The notes beneath the pieces were generated by a model. The model saw only the letters and a list, made by a program, of their open reading frames with translations. It was not told the DNA's origin and searched no databases. Below, one piece after another: positions 6,481-15,578 of a stretch of 31,185 bases of DNA. The stretch is from NCBI GenBank assembly GCA_016196885.1, contig JACPWU010000049.1, positions 1 through 31,185 of the forward strand. Reading direction: 5' to 3'. Source of the DNA: Chlamydiota bacterium. Lineage in GTDB: Bacteria > Auribacterota > JACPWU01. The first letter of the stretch is position 1; each line of letters opens with the position of its first letter. Both the position numbers and the translations under genes were made by a program.

Positions 6481-8634
6481 ATGTCCCAAGTTAAAACAAT
6501 TTTAAAAACCCATTTTGGTTTTGACGAATTTCGTCTGGACCAGGAGAAGATCATATCTGCGGTCCTTCAAAAAAAGGATGTGGTTGCCCTCATGCCTACG
6601 GGTGGCGGGAAATCTCTTTGTTTCCAAATTCCGACACTTGTTTTCCCAGGTCTCACGGTTGTAATTTCTCCGCTCATCGCTTTCATGAGGGATCAGGTGA
6701 GCGCTCTGAAGTTAAACGGTATTCCAGCTGCTTTCTTAAACTCAACTTTGACTTGGAGTGAAGAATCAAAAGTCCTCTCGGCGGTTCGAGAGAAAAGGCT
6801 TAAACTTCTTTATTTGGCGCCGGAGCGATTTTTTGCGAGGGAGTCTCAATTTCTGGAATTTTTACAGTCCATCGATGTTTCTCTTTTTGCCATCGATGAG
6901 GCCCATTGTATTTCACAATGGGGGCATGATTTTCGTCCAGAATATTTAAGACTCTCGGTTTTGAAACACACTTTTCCGACCGTGCCAGTCATTGCCTTAA
7001 CCGCTACGGCGGATATTTTGACAAGGCAGGATATTTTAGAAAAATTAAATTTAAACAGGCCCGAAGTTTTTATTTCAAGTTTTGATCGAAAAAATATTCA
7101 TTATTTTATTGAAGCTAAAAAAGACGCTCGTCAAAAACTGCTGGAGTACCTGACTAAGCATCGTTCAGATTCTGGGATCATCTATGCTTTGTCGCGTCAA
7201 TCGGTTGAGGATTTGGCGGGAGAACTTGAAAAAAAGGGTTACTCAGTCAAGCCTTATCATGCGGGTCTTCCCAAAGATATCCGCGATGCAAATCAAGATT
7301 TGTTTATCCAAGATAAAATTAAAATCATTGTCGCGACCATCGCTTTTGGGATGGGCATTGATAAATCAAATGTCCGGTATGTCATTCACATGGACATGCC
7401 CAAAAATATTGAGAGCTATTATCAGGAAACGGGTCGCGCCGGTCGCGATGGACTGAAAAGCGACGCGATTCTTTTTTACAACCCAGGCGATGTCATGAAA
7501 TTAAAAAGTTTTGCTCAGATTGAGGGAAATTTTAAGCAAACCGAAATTCTTACCCAAAAATTAAACCAAATGGCGCGGTTTTGTGAATCGCGTACTTCCT
7601 GCCGGCGAAAATATCTCCTCAATTATCTGGGTGAGAATCATCCTGGAAACTGTGCTTCATGCGATGCGTGCCTCACCCAATACGAAAAGGTTGATGGGAC
7701 TGTCAATGCCCAGAAGGCCTTGTCTGCTGTTAATCAGCTCCGCGGAAGTTACGGTCTTAACTATGTGATTGATTTTTTACGAGGCTCAAAATCTCTCAAA
7801 ATGAAAGAGCCGCACAAAAAAATGCAGGGGTACGCAAGCGGCGCCTTGCTTTCAAAAGAGGAATGGCGAAGTTTGCTTCATGAAATGATTGAAATGGGGT
7901 ATCTCGCTCAAGAAGGTGAATATCCGACGCTGAGGTTGACTCCCAAAAGTGCTTCGGTGATGAGGAATGAAGAAAAAGTGATGTTGATTAAATTTGTCGC
8001 TCGTCAAAGTGTCTCCGAGTCTGAAATTCCCCACGAAACAGGCCTTCTTAATATTCTAAAAGCCCTGCGCTTGGATCTTGCCCGAAAAGCGAGTGTTCCG
8101 GCTTATCTTGTTTTTTCAGATGCAACGCTGATCGAGCTTTCGAGCTATTTACCTGACAGTATGGATGACTTAAAATTGATTTCGGGTTTTGGCGAAGCAA
8201 AGCTCAAACAGTATGGAGCCATTTTTTTAGAAGCCCTTAAGTCTTATTGTCGCGAACATCATTTGATTTCCCGTATTCATGAAAAGAAGGGCAAGAAAAC
8301 TTTTGCCAAAAAAATCAGCACTCCTGCCGGTCCATCTTTAACTAAGCAAGAAACTTTGCGTTTGTTTAAGAGCGGAAAACCGATTCAAGCGATTGCTCAT
8401 GAGAGGGACTTAAGCCCCTCGACGATTGAAGGTCATTTGGCAGATTTTGTTTTAGATGGAACGCTTAAGGTTGAACAATTAGTCTCGCGTGAAAAAGTTG
8501 TTCTTATTGCGGATGCTGCCAAACGGATCGGAGGAGAATGGCTTGCCCCTATAAAATCTGATCTGGGAGAACGTGCTTCTTATGGAGAAATCAGAGTTGT
8601 CCTCAATCATTTGAAATGGGTTAAGTTGAATTAA
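6481..8634 (+). CDS. recQ: ATP-dependent DNA helicase RecQ, with HRDC domain and an extra C-terminal helix-turn-helix region
   Basis: [14 protein letters not shown] (Walker A), [17 protein letters not shown], the Zn-finger cysteines [16 protein letters not shown], and an HRDC-like segment ([13 protein letters not shown]). The roughly 130-aa tail resembles the HTH extension seen in long RecQ forms. Confidence 0.9.
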   Translation: MSQVKTILKTHFGFDEFRLDQEKIISAVLQKKDVVALMPTGGGKSLCFQIPTLVFPGLTVVISPLIAFMRDQVSALKLNGIPAAFLNSTLTWSEESKVLSAVREKRLKLLYLAPERFFARESQFLEFLQSIDVSLFAIDEAHCISQWGHDFRPEYLRLSVLKHTFPTVPVIALTATADILTRQDILEKLNLNRPEVFISSFDRKNIHYFIEAKKDARQKLLEYLTKHRSDSGIIYALSRQSVEDLAGELEKKGYSVKPYHAGLPKDIRDANQDLFIQDKIKIIVATIAFGMGIDKSNVRYVIHMDMPKNIESYYQETGRAGRDGLKSDAILFYNPGDVMKLKSFAQIEGNFKQTEILTQKLNQMARFCESRTSCRRKYLLNYLGENHPGNCASCDACLTQYEKVDGTVNAQKALSAVNQLRGSYGLNYVIDFLRGSKSLKMKEPHKKMQGYASGALLSKEEWRSLLHEMIEMGYLAQEGEYPTLRLTPKSASVMRNEEKVMLIKFVARQSVSESEIPHETGLLNILKALRLDLARKASVPAYLVFSDATLIELSSYLPDSMDDLKLISGFGEAKLKQYGAIFLEALKSYCREHHLISRIHEKKGKKTFAKKISTPAGPSLTKQETLRLFKSGKPIQAIAHERDLSPSTIEGHLADFVLDGTLKVEQLVSREKVVLIADAAKRIGGEWLAPIKSDLGERASYGEIRVVLNHLKWVKLN

Positions 8635-8664
8635 TTTAAAATAAATAACTATTTTGGAGGTTTT

Positions 8665-9006
8665 ATGCTTTTCATTATCAAAATTCTTGTGTCGAGCGTG
8701 ATTATTGCGTTTACTTCCTGGCTTGCAGGGAAAAGGCCCGTCCTTGCGGGGTTCATTATTGCTCTTCCCCTTACTTCGATGATCGGCCTCTTTTTTTCGT
8801 ACGCGGAATTTCGCAACATGGAAAAGATCAATCAATTTGCCTCCTCTATTTTTGTGGCTGTCCCTCTTTCGTTGGTTTTTTTCCTGCCTTTTTTACTGAA
8901 CCGCTGGTTCAAAATGAATTTTCTTCTTTCATTTGCCTTGGGTGTTTTATTTGTGGGACTGGCGTATGGATTGTATGCTTATTTAGCTAAGATGAGGTGT
9001 TCGTAA
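8665..9006 (+). CDS. Small integral membrane protein (about 4 hydrophobic helices), family not recognised
   Basis: 113-aa ORF with a GGAGG Shine-Dalgarno 6 nt upstream. The sequence is strongly hydrophobic throughout. Confidence 0.55.
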   Translation: MLFIIKILVSSVIIAFTSWLAGKRPVLAGFIIALPLTSMIGLFFSYAEFRNMEKINQFASSIFVAVPLSLVFFLPFLLNRWFKMNFLLSFALGVLFVGLAYGLYAYLAKMRCS

Positions 9007-9322
9007 AAAGGGAGACCTCTGAAAATAAAGGTTTTTCAGAAGGTTAAATTCAACTCTTATTTCCAGTGGTCTGGTTTTTTTATTGTGCTCCCGCCAGGAA
9101 GATTTATTTCATTGGGTAGTTGACATGAAGTGAGATGCCTAAGCTTCATCTTCATATGAGAATGGGCAATAGATTTTAAGTATTCTGCTCTACGATTAAT
9201 GGGAATGATGACGCGTATATTTTTTGCTGGAAATGTCTCCTTAACGGCTTGTATAGATTAAAGCCATCAATATAGAACATGACTCTGTTCATATACAATC
9301 TCGGAGAAGAGTGGTGTTCGGA

Positions 9323-9354
9323 CAAAAAAAACCCAGCTTCACCGGAAGCTGGGG
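9323..9354 (-). terminator. Rho-independent terminator on the minus strand
   Basis: On the - strand: CCCAGCTTC-cggt-GAAGCTGGG (9-bp GC-rich stem) followed by T8 (plus-strand A-run 9324-9331). Confidence 0.7.
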
Positions 9355-9529
9355 CCAGTAAGATACGAGATCCTATTGGGATAGGATAAGATCATTCTAA
9401 TCATGTTAGAGGGATATGTCAATTGAAAGAAGGGGATTTTCATTATGATGCTTTCTCCGATTAAAATAGAAGTTATCTTTACATAATCTATTTATCTTCA
9501 ATAGGTTACATCCATCCTTCATTTGGCGG

Positions 9530-9557
9530 TTGAGTCACATGCGTTTATATGTATAAT
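9530..9557 (+). promoter_or_regulatory. Sigma-70-type promoter candidate for iscS
   Basis: TTGAGT (9530-9535), 16-nt spacer, TATAAT (9552-9557). GGAGG and the ATG at 9578 follow. Confidence 0.45.
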
Positions 9558-9577
9558 GAGGGTAGTTGGAGGGATCA

Positions 9578-10801
9578 ATGAGTGGAATGAAGTTCCCGAT
9601 TTATATGGACAATCATGCTACAACTCCTTTGGATGCAAGGGGTTTTGAAGAGATGCTCCCTTGTTTTAAGGAGGATTTTGGCAATGCGGCCAGCCGGTTT
9701 CATTTGCTCGGATGGCGGGCAGAGGAAAAGGTAGAGAAGGCGCGTGCCAGGATTGCTTCTTTGATAGGCTCAGCCGAAAATGAGATTATTTTTACCAGCG
9801 GGGCCACAGAATCAAACAATTTGGCTATTAAAGGAGTGGCTTGGAAATACCGAGAGCGGGGCAATCACATCATTACCTGTGTGACGGAGCATAAGTCTGT
9901 TTTGGACACGTGTAGGGTTTTAGAGAAACAGGGTTTTGAGGTGACGTATCTTCCTGTTGATTCAAAGGGCCTGCTAAATCTGGATCAAGTTCGCTCTTCG
10001 ATTCGCGGCAATACTATTTTGATTTCGCTCATGGCTGCAAACAATGAAATTGGAGTGCTTCATCCGATTGGGGAAATTGGTAAAATTGCGAAGCATGCAG
10101 GTGTGATTTTTCACACAGATGCGACGCAGGCTTTAGCAGAGATTGCGATCCATGTGGAGGAAATGGGCATTGATTTGATGAGTTTTTCTGCGCACAAGAT
10201 GTATGGCCCCAAGGGAGTCGGAGGCTTGTATGTGCGGCGTCACAACCCCAGGATTAAGTTGATGCCCCTTTTAGATGGGGGAGGTCATGAGTATGGGCTT
10301 CGCTCGGGGACCTTGAATGTTCCTGGGATTGTGGGATTTGGAAAGGCGTGTGAAATAGTGTGTGCCGAGCGGACGGAAGAAGCAAAGCGACTTCTTTCTT
10401 TACGCGAGCGTTTGAGAAAAGGCTTGATGAACGGGCTTACTGAAGTTTATGTGAATGGAGATTTAGAAAAACGTCTTCCCAACAATCTCAACATGAGTTT
10501 TGCTTATATTGAAGCCGAGTCTCTTTTGATGGGTGTTCGGGATGAGATTGCCTTGTCAAGCGGCGCGGCCTGTATGTCAGCGTTGGTGGAGCCCTCTTAT
10601 GTGTTGAAGGCCTTGGGGGTCCCGGAAAGGTTGGCTCACACGTCGGTGCGATTTAGTCTGGGGCGGTTTAATACGGAAGAAGAAGTAGATTATGTGATTC
10701 GCAGAATGGTAGACGAGGTTCGACGTTTGCGAGACGCATCACCGATTTATGAAATGGTCAAGCAGGAAACGGGTCCTCCTGTCCCTCCTCACCCCCACTG
10801 A
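9578..10801 (+). CDS. iscS: Cysteine desulfurase IscS/NifS family
   Basis: [35 protein letters not shown] (PLP lysine) and SSGAACMS (active-site Cys loop). The ATG at 9578 with GGAGG upstream is preferred over the TTG at 9566. Confidence 0.9.
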   Translation: MSGMKFPIYMDNHATTPLDARGFEEMLPCFKEDFGNAASRFHLLGWRAEEKVEKARARIASLIGSAENEIIFTSGATESNNLAIKGVAWKYRERGNHIITCVTEHKSVLDTCRVLEKQGFEVTYLPVDSKGLLNLDQVRSSIRGNTILISLMAANNEIGVLHPIGEIGKIAKHAGVIFHTDATQALAEIAIHVEEMGIDLMSFSAHKMYGPKGVGGLYVRRHNPRIKLMPLLDGGGHEYGLRSGTLNVPGIVGFGKACEIVCAERTEEAKRLLSLRERLRKGLMNGLTEVYVNGDLEKRLPNNLNMSFAYIEAESLLMGVRDEIALSSGAACMSALVEPSYVLKALGVPERLAHTSVRFSLGRFNTEEEVDYVIRRMVDEVRRLRDASPIYEMVKQETGPPVPPHPH

Positions 10802-10974
10802 CGGCACATGTAGTTATAGCCGCTGTGGGGTCGGTGTCGGATTTGTGAATAGGGGTATGTTTGGGCTTGTGCCTCCACCTGCTGGCGCTCAGTGGGGGAC
10901 CCCCAGTCGGGCCACCCGCTAAAGTACATGAGTGGGGAGAAATTTTTATAGGTCAAGAAAGGGAAGGGTGAGGT

Positions 10975-11298
10975 ATGATTCAATTAACTCCAGGTGCCGT
11001 AGAAGAAGTAAAAAAAATGATGGAAAGGGAAAAGCGTTCCCAGGCGGGCCTGAGACTCGCGGTGAAAGGCGGAGGGTGTTCAGGCTATTCTTATTCCATT
11101 GATTTAGATGACCAGTCTAAAGAGGGGGATAAGGTTTTTGAATCCGAAGGGATCAAAGTATTCGTAGACGGAAAAAGCTACTTTCTCCTCAATGGAAGTG
11201 TTTTAGATTATACAAAAGGCACGATGGGATCTAGTTTTACATTTCAAAATCCAAATGCAAAGGGAAGTTGCGGCTGCGGAGCTTCTTTTAATGTGTAA
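10975..11298 (+). CDS. iscA: Fe-S cluster insertion/A-type carrier protein (IscA/ErpA/HesB family)
   Basis: 107 aa with GGGCSGYSY and the C-terminal CGCGASF motif. Confidence 0.9.
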   Translation: MIQLTPGAVEEVKKMMEREKRSQAGLRLAVKGGGCSGYSYSIDLDDQSKEGDKVFESEGIKVFVDGKSYFLLNGSVLDYTKGTMGSSFTFQNPNAKGSCGCGASFNV

Positions 11299-11380
11299 TG
11301 TTAGATGGGAGTGGTTAAAATTAAAAAAATTTTCTTATGGACATTAAACATTTAACATCAAACATTCAACATTAAACATC
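11288..11380. repeat. Hairpin made of tandem 7-nt units (ACATTNA and its complement TNAATGT)
   Basis: Left arm TTAATGT GTAATGT TAGATGG (11288-11308) overlaps the iscA stop codon. Right arm ACATTAA ACATTTA ACATCAA ACATTCA ACATTAA ACATC (11341-11380). Confidence 0.75.
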
Positions 11381-11386
11381 TCTTCT

Positions 11387-12388
11387 ATGGCGTCAGACCT
11401 TTTTTTCCAGTTAGGAAGTCTTTTTTTTCTTTTGGTTCTTGCCGCCTTTTTTTCGGGCTCTGAGACGGCCCTTTTTTCCTTGAGCACTGTCCGTGTGCAT
11501 CGCCTTCAAGAGGAAAAGAAAAAAGGGGCTTCCCTCGTCAGTCAAATTCTAAAAGAGCCGCGCAAGATTTTAGCGACCATTCTTCTCGCCAACCTTTTTG
11601 TCACTGTTTTGTCCACTTCACTCGCTGAAGGAATGAGTGTGAAATGGTTCGGCCCCCAGGGGCTTGAAATTTGCATTGGCGTGATGAGTTTGCTGATTTT
11701 GGTTTTTTGCGAGATTGTGCCCAAGGTGGTCGCGGTTTCCCATGCCGAGAGAGTGGCTTTGAGGATCGCTCCTCTTTTAAAATGGGTCATGTGGGGAGTT
11801 GCTCCCATCCGTATTTTATTTTTGAAAGTGGCCAATGGTTTCATTCATGTCCTTTTGAAAAATCGTTCTATCCCCCATAAAGATCCTGTTCATCGGGAGC
11901 AATTGAAGACTGCTCTTCAGATGGGGCATCAGGAAGGAATCTTACAGTTGGAAGAATTTAAAATGCTGGAAGGCATTTTGGATTTGAATGGGAGAACGGT
12001 TCAAGAGGTGATGACTCCTCGAGAGAAGGTAATGGCCTTCGAGCTTCAAACCCCCATCTCCAGTGTTTATGAGGTCTTGAAGCGAAAGCGCCTTTCAAGA
12101 ATTCCCGTTTATCGAAAAACTTTGGACGAGGTGCTGGGGATCCTTTATGCGAAGGATCTGGTGATGCAGGAGATTCTCGAATGGCGAGCCATTCAGGTTT
12201 ACGATCTTTTAAGAGAACCTTATTTTATATCTCCGCTCCTCGCGTTAGATCAATTGTTGAAAGAGTTTAAAATACGGCGTCTTCACATGGCCTTGGTGAA
12301 AGATGATGCAGGGAAATTTTTGGGGCTCATCACATTGGATGATTTGATGGGTTCGGTGATTGGAATGAAGACAGTGCTTCGTACTTAG
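11387..12388 (+). CDS. DUF21 + CBS-pair membrane protein (CNNM/CorC/HlyC-type), lacking the CorC_HlyC C-terminal domain
   Basis: N-terminal 4-TM DUF21 signature (FFSGSETALFSLS) followed by a CBS pair (VMTPREKV..., RIPVY, LGLITLDDL). Confidence 0.8.
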   Translation: MASDLFFQLGSLFFLLVLAAFFSGSETALFSLSTVRVHRLQEEKKKGASLVSQILKEPRKILATILLANLFVTVLSTSLAEGMSVKWFGPQGLEICIGVMSLLILVFCEIVPKVVAVSHAERVALRIAPLLKWVMWGVAPIRILFLKVANGFIHVLLKNRSIPHKDPVHREQLKTALQMGHQEGILQLEEFKMLEGILDLNGRTVQEVMTPREKVMAFELQTPISSVYEVLKRKRLSRIPVYRKTLDEVLGILYAKDLVMQEILEWRAIQVYDLLREPYFISPLLALDQLLKEFKIRRLHMALVKDDAGKFLGLITLDDLMGSVIGMKTVLRT

Positions 12389-12454
12389 GACTTCGAACAT
12401 CGTTATTCAATGCTTTCACGAAGTACGATGTTCGAAGTACGATGTACGTTTTTT
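12376..12454 (+). terminator. Rho-independent terminator whose arms are 7-nt unit repeats
   Basis: ACTTCGAACATCGT (12390-12403) pairs with ACGATGTTCGAAGT (12425-12438). An outer CGTAC/GTACG pair is followed by T6 (12449-12454). Right arm is CGAAGTA CGATGTT CGAAGTA CGATGTA. Confidence 0.75.
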
Positions 12455-12464
12455 AGGAGGCGAG

Positions 12465-13457
12465 ATGAGTTTTCTCGTAGGGTTAATTCTAATTGTTATT
12501 TGCCTGGGTCTTCAGGCTTTTTTTGCGGCCTTGGAGATTGCCCTTCTTTCCTGTGATCGCATTTACATTCGGCACCTGAGTGATCGGGGAAGTTTGAAAG
12601 CCCGATGGGTGAATGATTTTTTGGCTCGACCCGTAAATTATTTGGGCACGACAATGATCGGAGTCAATTTGGCAGTGGTCATCAGTGCTTCTATTACTGC
12701 TCATTTGACACGTCTTTTTGTTTCCGAGCGGGCCGCTTCTTTTGTGGCGACGGGTCTTCTTTGGCCACTGATCCTTCTCTTGGGTGAATTTATTCCGATG
12801 AGTTTGGCCCTCGCCTATCCCAATCAAATGAGTTTATGGGGTGTGATGGCTCTTAAGGCAGCCTATGGTTTTTTCTATCCCTTTGTTCGTTTGATTGATT
12901 TTTTTTCCCGCCTCATCAATCGCTTGCTGGGAGGAAGCCAGGATGCATCGGAATCTTCTTTCACGCGAGACGAATTGAGGCTTCTTTTTAAAGGTATTGG
13001 GGAGAAGATTTTCGACAAGTCTCAGGAGAGAATGATTCGAGGCGTTTTTGATTTTCATCGGGTGAGGGCGAGTGAAATCATGGTCCCTTTGAAGGAAATG
13101 GTTTCTTCCTCCGTCACTTCTACGGTAGGACATTTGAAGCGGAGGATCTTTGACTCGGCCTTTTCAAGAATTCCAATTTATCAGGGACTTCCTTCTCGGA
13201 TCGTGGGTGTTGTACATGCCTTGGATTTAATTGGTTTAGAGGACGACGTCTCAGTTGAAAAAATCATGCGACCTTCTATCAAGGTGGATCAGTCGAAACC
13301 GGTCTCGGAGATTTTTAAAATGTTGAAGATGGAACAAAATTATATGGCGATGGTGGTGGATCATCAGAACCGTGTGATCGGACTTGTAACGGTGGAGGAT
13401 ATTTTGGAAGAGGTCGTGGGAGAGATTGAAGATGAGTATGATAAAGAGGTTGCTTGA
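12465..13457 (+). CDS. Second DUF21 + CBS-pair membrane protein (paralogue of 11387-12388)
   Basis: AGGAGG Shine-Dalgarno, DUF21 N-terminus (FFAALEIALLS), CBS pair (IMVPLKEM, RIPIY, IGLVTVEDILEEVVGEIEDE). Confidence 0.8.
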   Translation: MSFLVGLILIVICLGLQAFFAALEIALLSCDRIYIRHLSDRGSLKARWVNDFLARPVNYLGTTMIGVNLAVVISASITAHLTRLFVSERAASFVATGLLWPLILLLGEFIPMSLALAYPNQMSLWGVMALKAAYGFFYPFVRLIDFFSRLINRLLGGSQDASESSFTRDELRLLFKGIGEKIFDKSQERMIRGVFDFHRVRASEIMVPLKEMVSSSVTSTVGHLKRRIFDSAFSRIPIYQGLPSRIVGVVHALDLIGLEDDVSVEKIMRPSIKVDQSKPVSEIFKMLKMEQNYMAMVVDHQNRVIGLVTVEDILEEVVGEIEDEYDKEVA

Positions 13458-13932
13458 TGTAAGGAATTTGTCTCTTGTTTGCTTAATTTTTCTGCTTTTT
13501 CCAAGACTTGCTCAGAGCGAGCAAGATGAACCGGTTGCTCTCCTTGCGAAAGTAGCCAAAAAATTAAATTGGCCCGAGAATGTTTTTATCGCTCCAAGAG
13601 ATTCTTCGGGAGTTCAAATTTATGGAATTGCAACGGTTCCTTTTCAAGATTTGACGCGTTCCAAGGAAAAGTCTTCTCTCCAATTGATTTTAGGCTCTCC
13701 GGAAACGATTCAAAAAATATTTCTCCGACATCAAAGAATTTATCGTCGGTTGGGCTTTCGTCTCGTATCTCTTGCCTCCATCCCATCTGCTTATCATGCA
13801 CTCCTTATCCGATGTACGGAGAATGGCGCACGGCTTTTAAAAAATAGCCTTCTCATCATCCAGGAAAATCCCTTTGAGATTCATTCTCAAGGATTCTGGA
13901 TTGGGGGAGACGCGAAGAGCCACTTCTTGTGA
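13426..13932 (+). CDS. Hypothetical secreted protein (signal peptide), no recognised family
   Basis: 168-aa ORF with the N-terminal hydrophobic segment LSLVCLIFLLFPRLAQS. Its last 96 nt overlap the convergent pilT 3' end, so the true stop or reality of the gene is uncertain. Confidence 0.4.
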   Translation: MKMSMIKRLLDVRNLSLVCLIFLLFPRLAQSEQDEPVALLAKVAKKLNWPENVFIAPRDSSGVQIYGIATVPFQDLTRSKEKSSLQLILGSPETIQKIFLRHQRIYRRLGFRLVSLASIPSAYHALLIRCTENGARLLKNSLLIIQENPFEIHSQGFWIGGDAKSHFL

Positions 13933-14958
13933 AATCAATTCCTGTTTCACCAATTCTAAAAGAGAATGATTGAAATCCTGCATACCCAAAGTCCTGCCGC
14001 CCCGAATGGCGTGGTGCATTTTGATGTCATCAGCCTGTCGAATGAGTTCTCGGACCGTTGCATCTACAATCATCACTTCAACGGCCGGGACACGCTGCAG
14101 CTCTTTGCGAGTCGAGGGGAGAAGCTTTTGGTTGATCACGGCCCTTAAATTAAATTGCAAGCTTTGCCGGATTTGGTAATGCTGGTCTGGCGGAAATAAA
14201 TCAATCATGCGTCCAATCGTTTGAGGGGCGTTCCCGCTGTGAAGGGTGCCAAATACCAAGTGACCTGTTTCAGCTGCATTCAGTCCAAATTGGACTGTTT
14301 CGGCGTCGCGCATTTCTCCAATTAAAATGATATCAGGGTCTTCTCGAAGGGCATATTTAAGACACTCTCCAAAGGATTTCGTGTCAATTCCTATTTCTCT
14401 CTGATTGATAAAGGCTTTTTTGTTTTGATAGAGGTATTCGATCGGGTCTTCAATCGTAAGAATGTGACAGGCTCGTGTTTGATTGATGTGTTCAATCATG
14501 GATGCCAGAGTAGTGGATTTTCCGCTGCCTGTGACACCTGCCAAAATTACCAAACCGTCATGAAATTCAGAAATGTTTCTTAAAACAGGAGGTAAATGCA
14601 ATTCTTCCAAAGTAGGAATTTTTGTTTGAACCAAACGTCCTGCCAGACTCAGATGGCCTCTTTGGAAAAAGAAATTGAGGCGCATACGTCCTTCTTGAGA
14701 CATGAAAAAACCATGGTCTAAATCTTTTTTCTCCAAAAGAAGGGCATATTTTTCAGGGGAAAGAATCTGCCTTGCCCAAAACTCCATTTTTTCCGGAGTG
14801 ACCGCTGGCATTTCTAATCGTTTAGGAACACCGGCAATGCGCAAAATCGGGGGGGAGCCTACTTGAAGATGCAAGTCAGAGGCTTTGAGTTTATTGAGGA
14901 ATCGAAACAAATCCTCGAAATTTTCAATCGGCTTTTCAAGCGCGATGGAATCACTCAT
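13837..14958 (-). CDS. pilT: Type IV pilus retraction ATPase PilT
   Basis: ASDLHL, Walker A GVTGSGKST, ILTIEDPIE, ILIGEMRD and GHLVFGTLH motifs. Confidence 0.9.
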   Translation of the reverse strand: MSDSIALEKPIENFEDLFRFLNKLKASDLHLQVGSPPILRIAGVPKRLEMPAVTPEKMEFWARQILSPEKYALLLEKKDLDHGFFMSQEGRMRLNFFFQRGHLSLAGRLVQTKIPTLEELHLPPVLRNISEFHDGLVILAGVTGSGKSTTLASMIEHINQTRACHILTIEDPIEYLYQNKKAFINQREIGIDTKSFGECLKYALREDPDIILIGEMRDAETVQFGLNAAETGHLVFGTLHSGNAPQTIGRMIDLFPPDQHYQIRQSLQFNLRAVINQKLLPSTRKELQRVPAVEVMIVDATVRELIRQADDIKMHHAIRGGRTLGMQDFNHSLLELVKQELISQEVALRVSPNPESLRMNLKGIFLDDEKAIF

Positions 14959-14995
14959 CTCCCCTATTATAATATAAAATAATGAAGGAAATGGA

Positions 14996-15114
14996 TAAAA
15001 AAAGGGTCAAGTAGCAAGGGTCAGGGGTCAAGAAAAAAAATACCTTTCAATCCGTGACCCATGACCCTTGCTACTTGACCCTAATTTGAGACTCTTGACC
15101 CTTGCCGCTTGACC
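14996..15114 (-). terminator. Very long hairpin of 7-8-nt units (GGTCAAG/CTTGACC) with a T7 tract on the minus strand, plus a third alternative arm
   Basis: GGGTCAAGTAGCAAGGGTCAGGGGTCAAG (15003-15031) against GTGACCCATGACCCTTGCTACTTGACCC (15053-15080), about 27/29 complementary. A further arm copy CTCTTGACCCTTGCCGCTTGACCC lies at 15091-15114. The plus-strand A7 at 14996-15002 reads as T7 after the stem on the - strand. Confidence 0.75.
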
Positions 15115-15120
15115 CTACAA

Positions 15121-15578
15121 TCATCATGCTCACAAATCCGATGATGCTGTAAATCACAGCCATTTTAATGATTTCAGACCATTCGATGAATAAAAGATGG
15201 CCGACCAGAAGGGATTTTAATTCTTCCCCGCCTTCAGGCGCTTCGGCTCAAGACGAGAATGACGGCTGCAGCAGAGATCGCGTAAACAATTCCAATGAGG
15301 GCTTCGTGAGGGACTTTGGGCTTTTGAAGTCTTGTCAGAGAAAAAATCACGGCTCCGAAAAAAGTAAAGATGAGTGCAATGACATAGCTCATCTGCGAAT
15401 GAAGCGAAAAACCGATCGCAAATCCGACTGTGGCTCCCAAAGCCGCGATTTGAGCCAGCGCGAGGTCTACAAAAATGACCCCACGCTCGATCACATGCAG
15501 TCCTAAATAGGCATGAATCCCGACCAGAATTAGGCAGGCAAGAAAAGGGCGGAACATCAGGCTCAAGAAGTCCATCAT
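15121..15578 (-). pseudogene. ABC-3 family metal (Zn/Mn-type) permease, frameshifted and 3'-truncated
   Basis: The first 114 codons are ZnuB/TroC-like (ERGVIFVDLALAQIAALG). After the stop at 15234-15236 the homology continues in another frame (PEGGEELKSLLVGHLLFIEWSEIIKMAVIYSIIGFVSMMI). It ends at the repeat hairpin, so roughly the C-terminal 40 percent is missing. Confidence 0.75.

Noticed and set aside
10789-10983. 64-aa minus-strand ORF, or an iscU remnant, in the iscS-iscA spacer
   Set aside because: The translation has no IscU/NifU motifs in any frame I read. The ORF is antisense, overlaps both neighbours and looks compositional.
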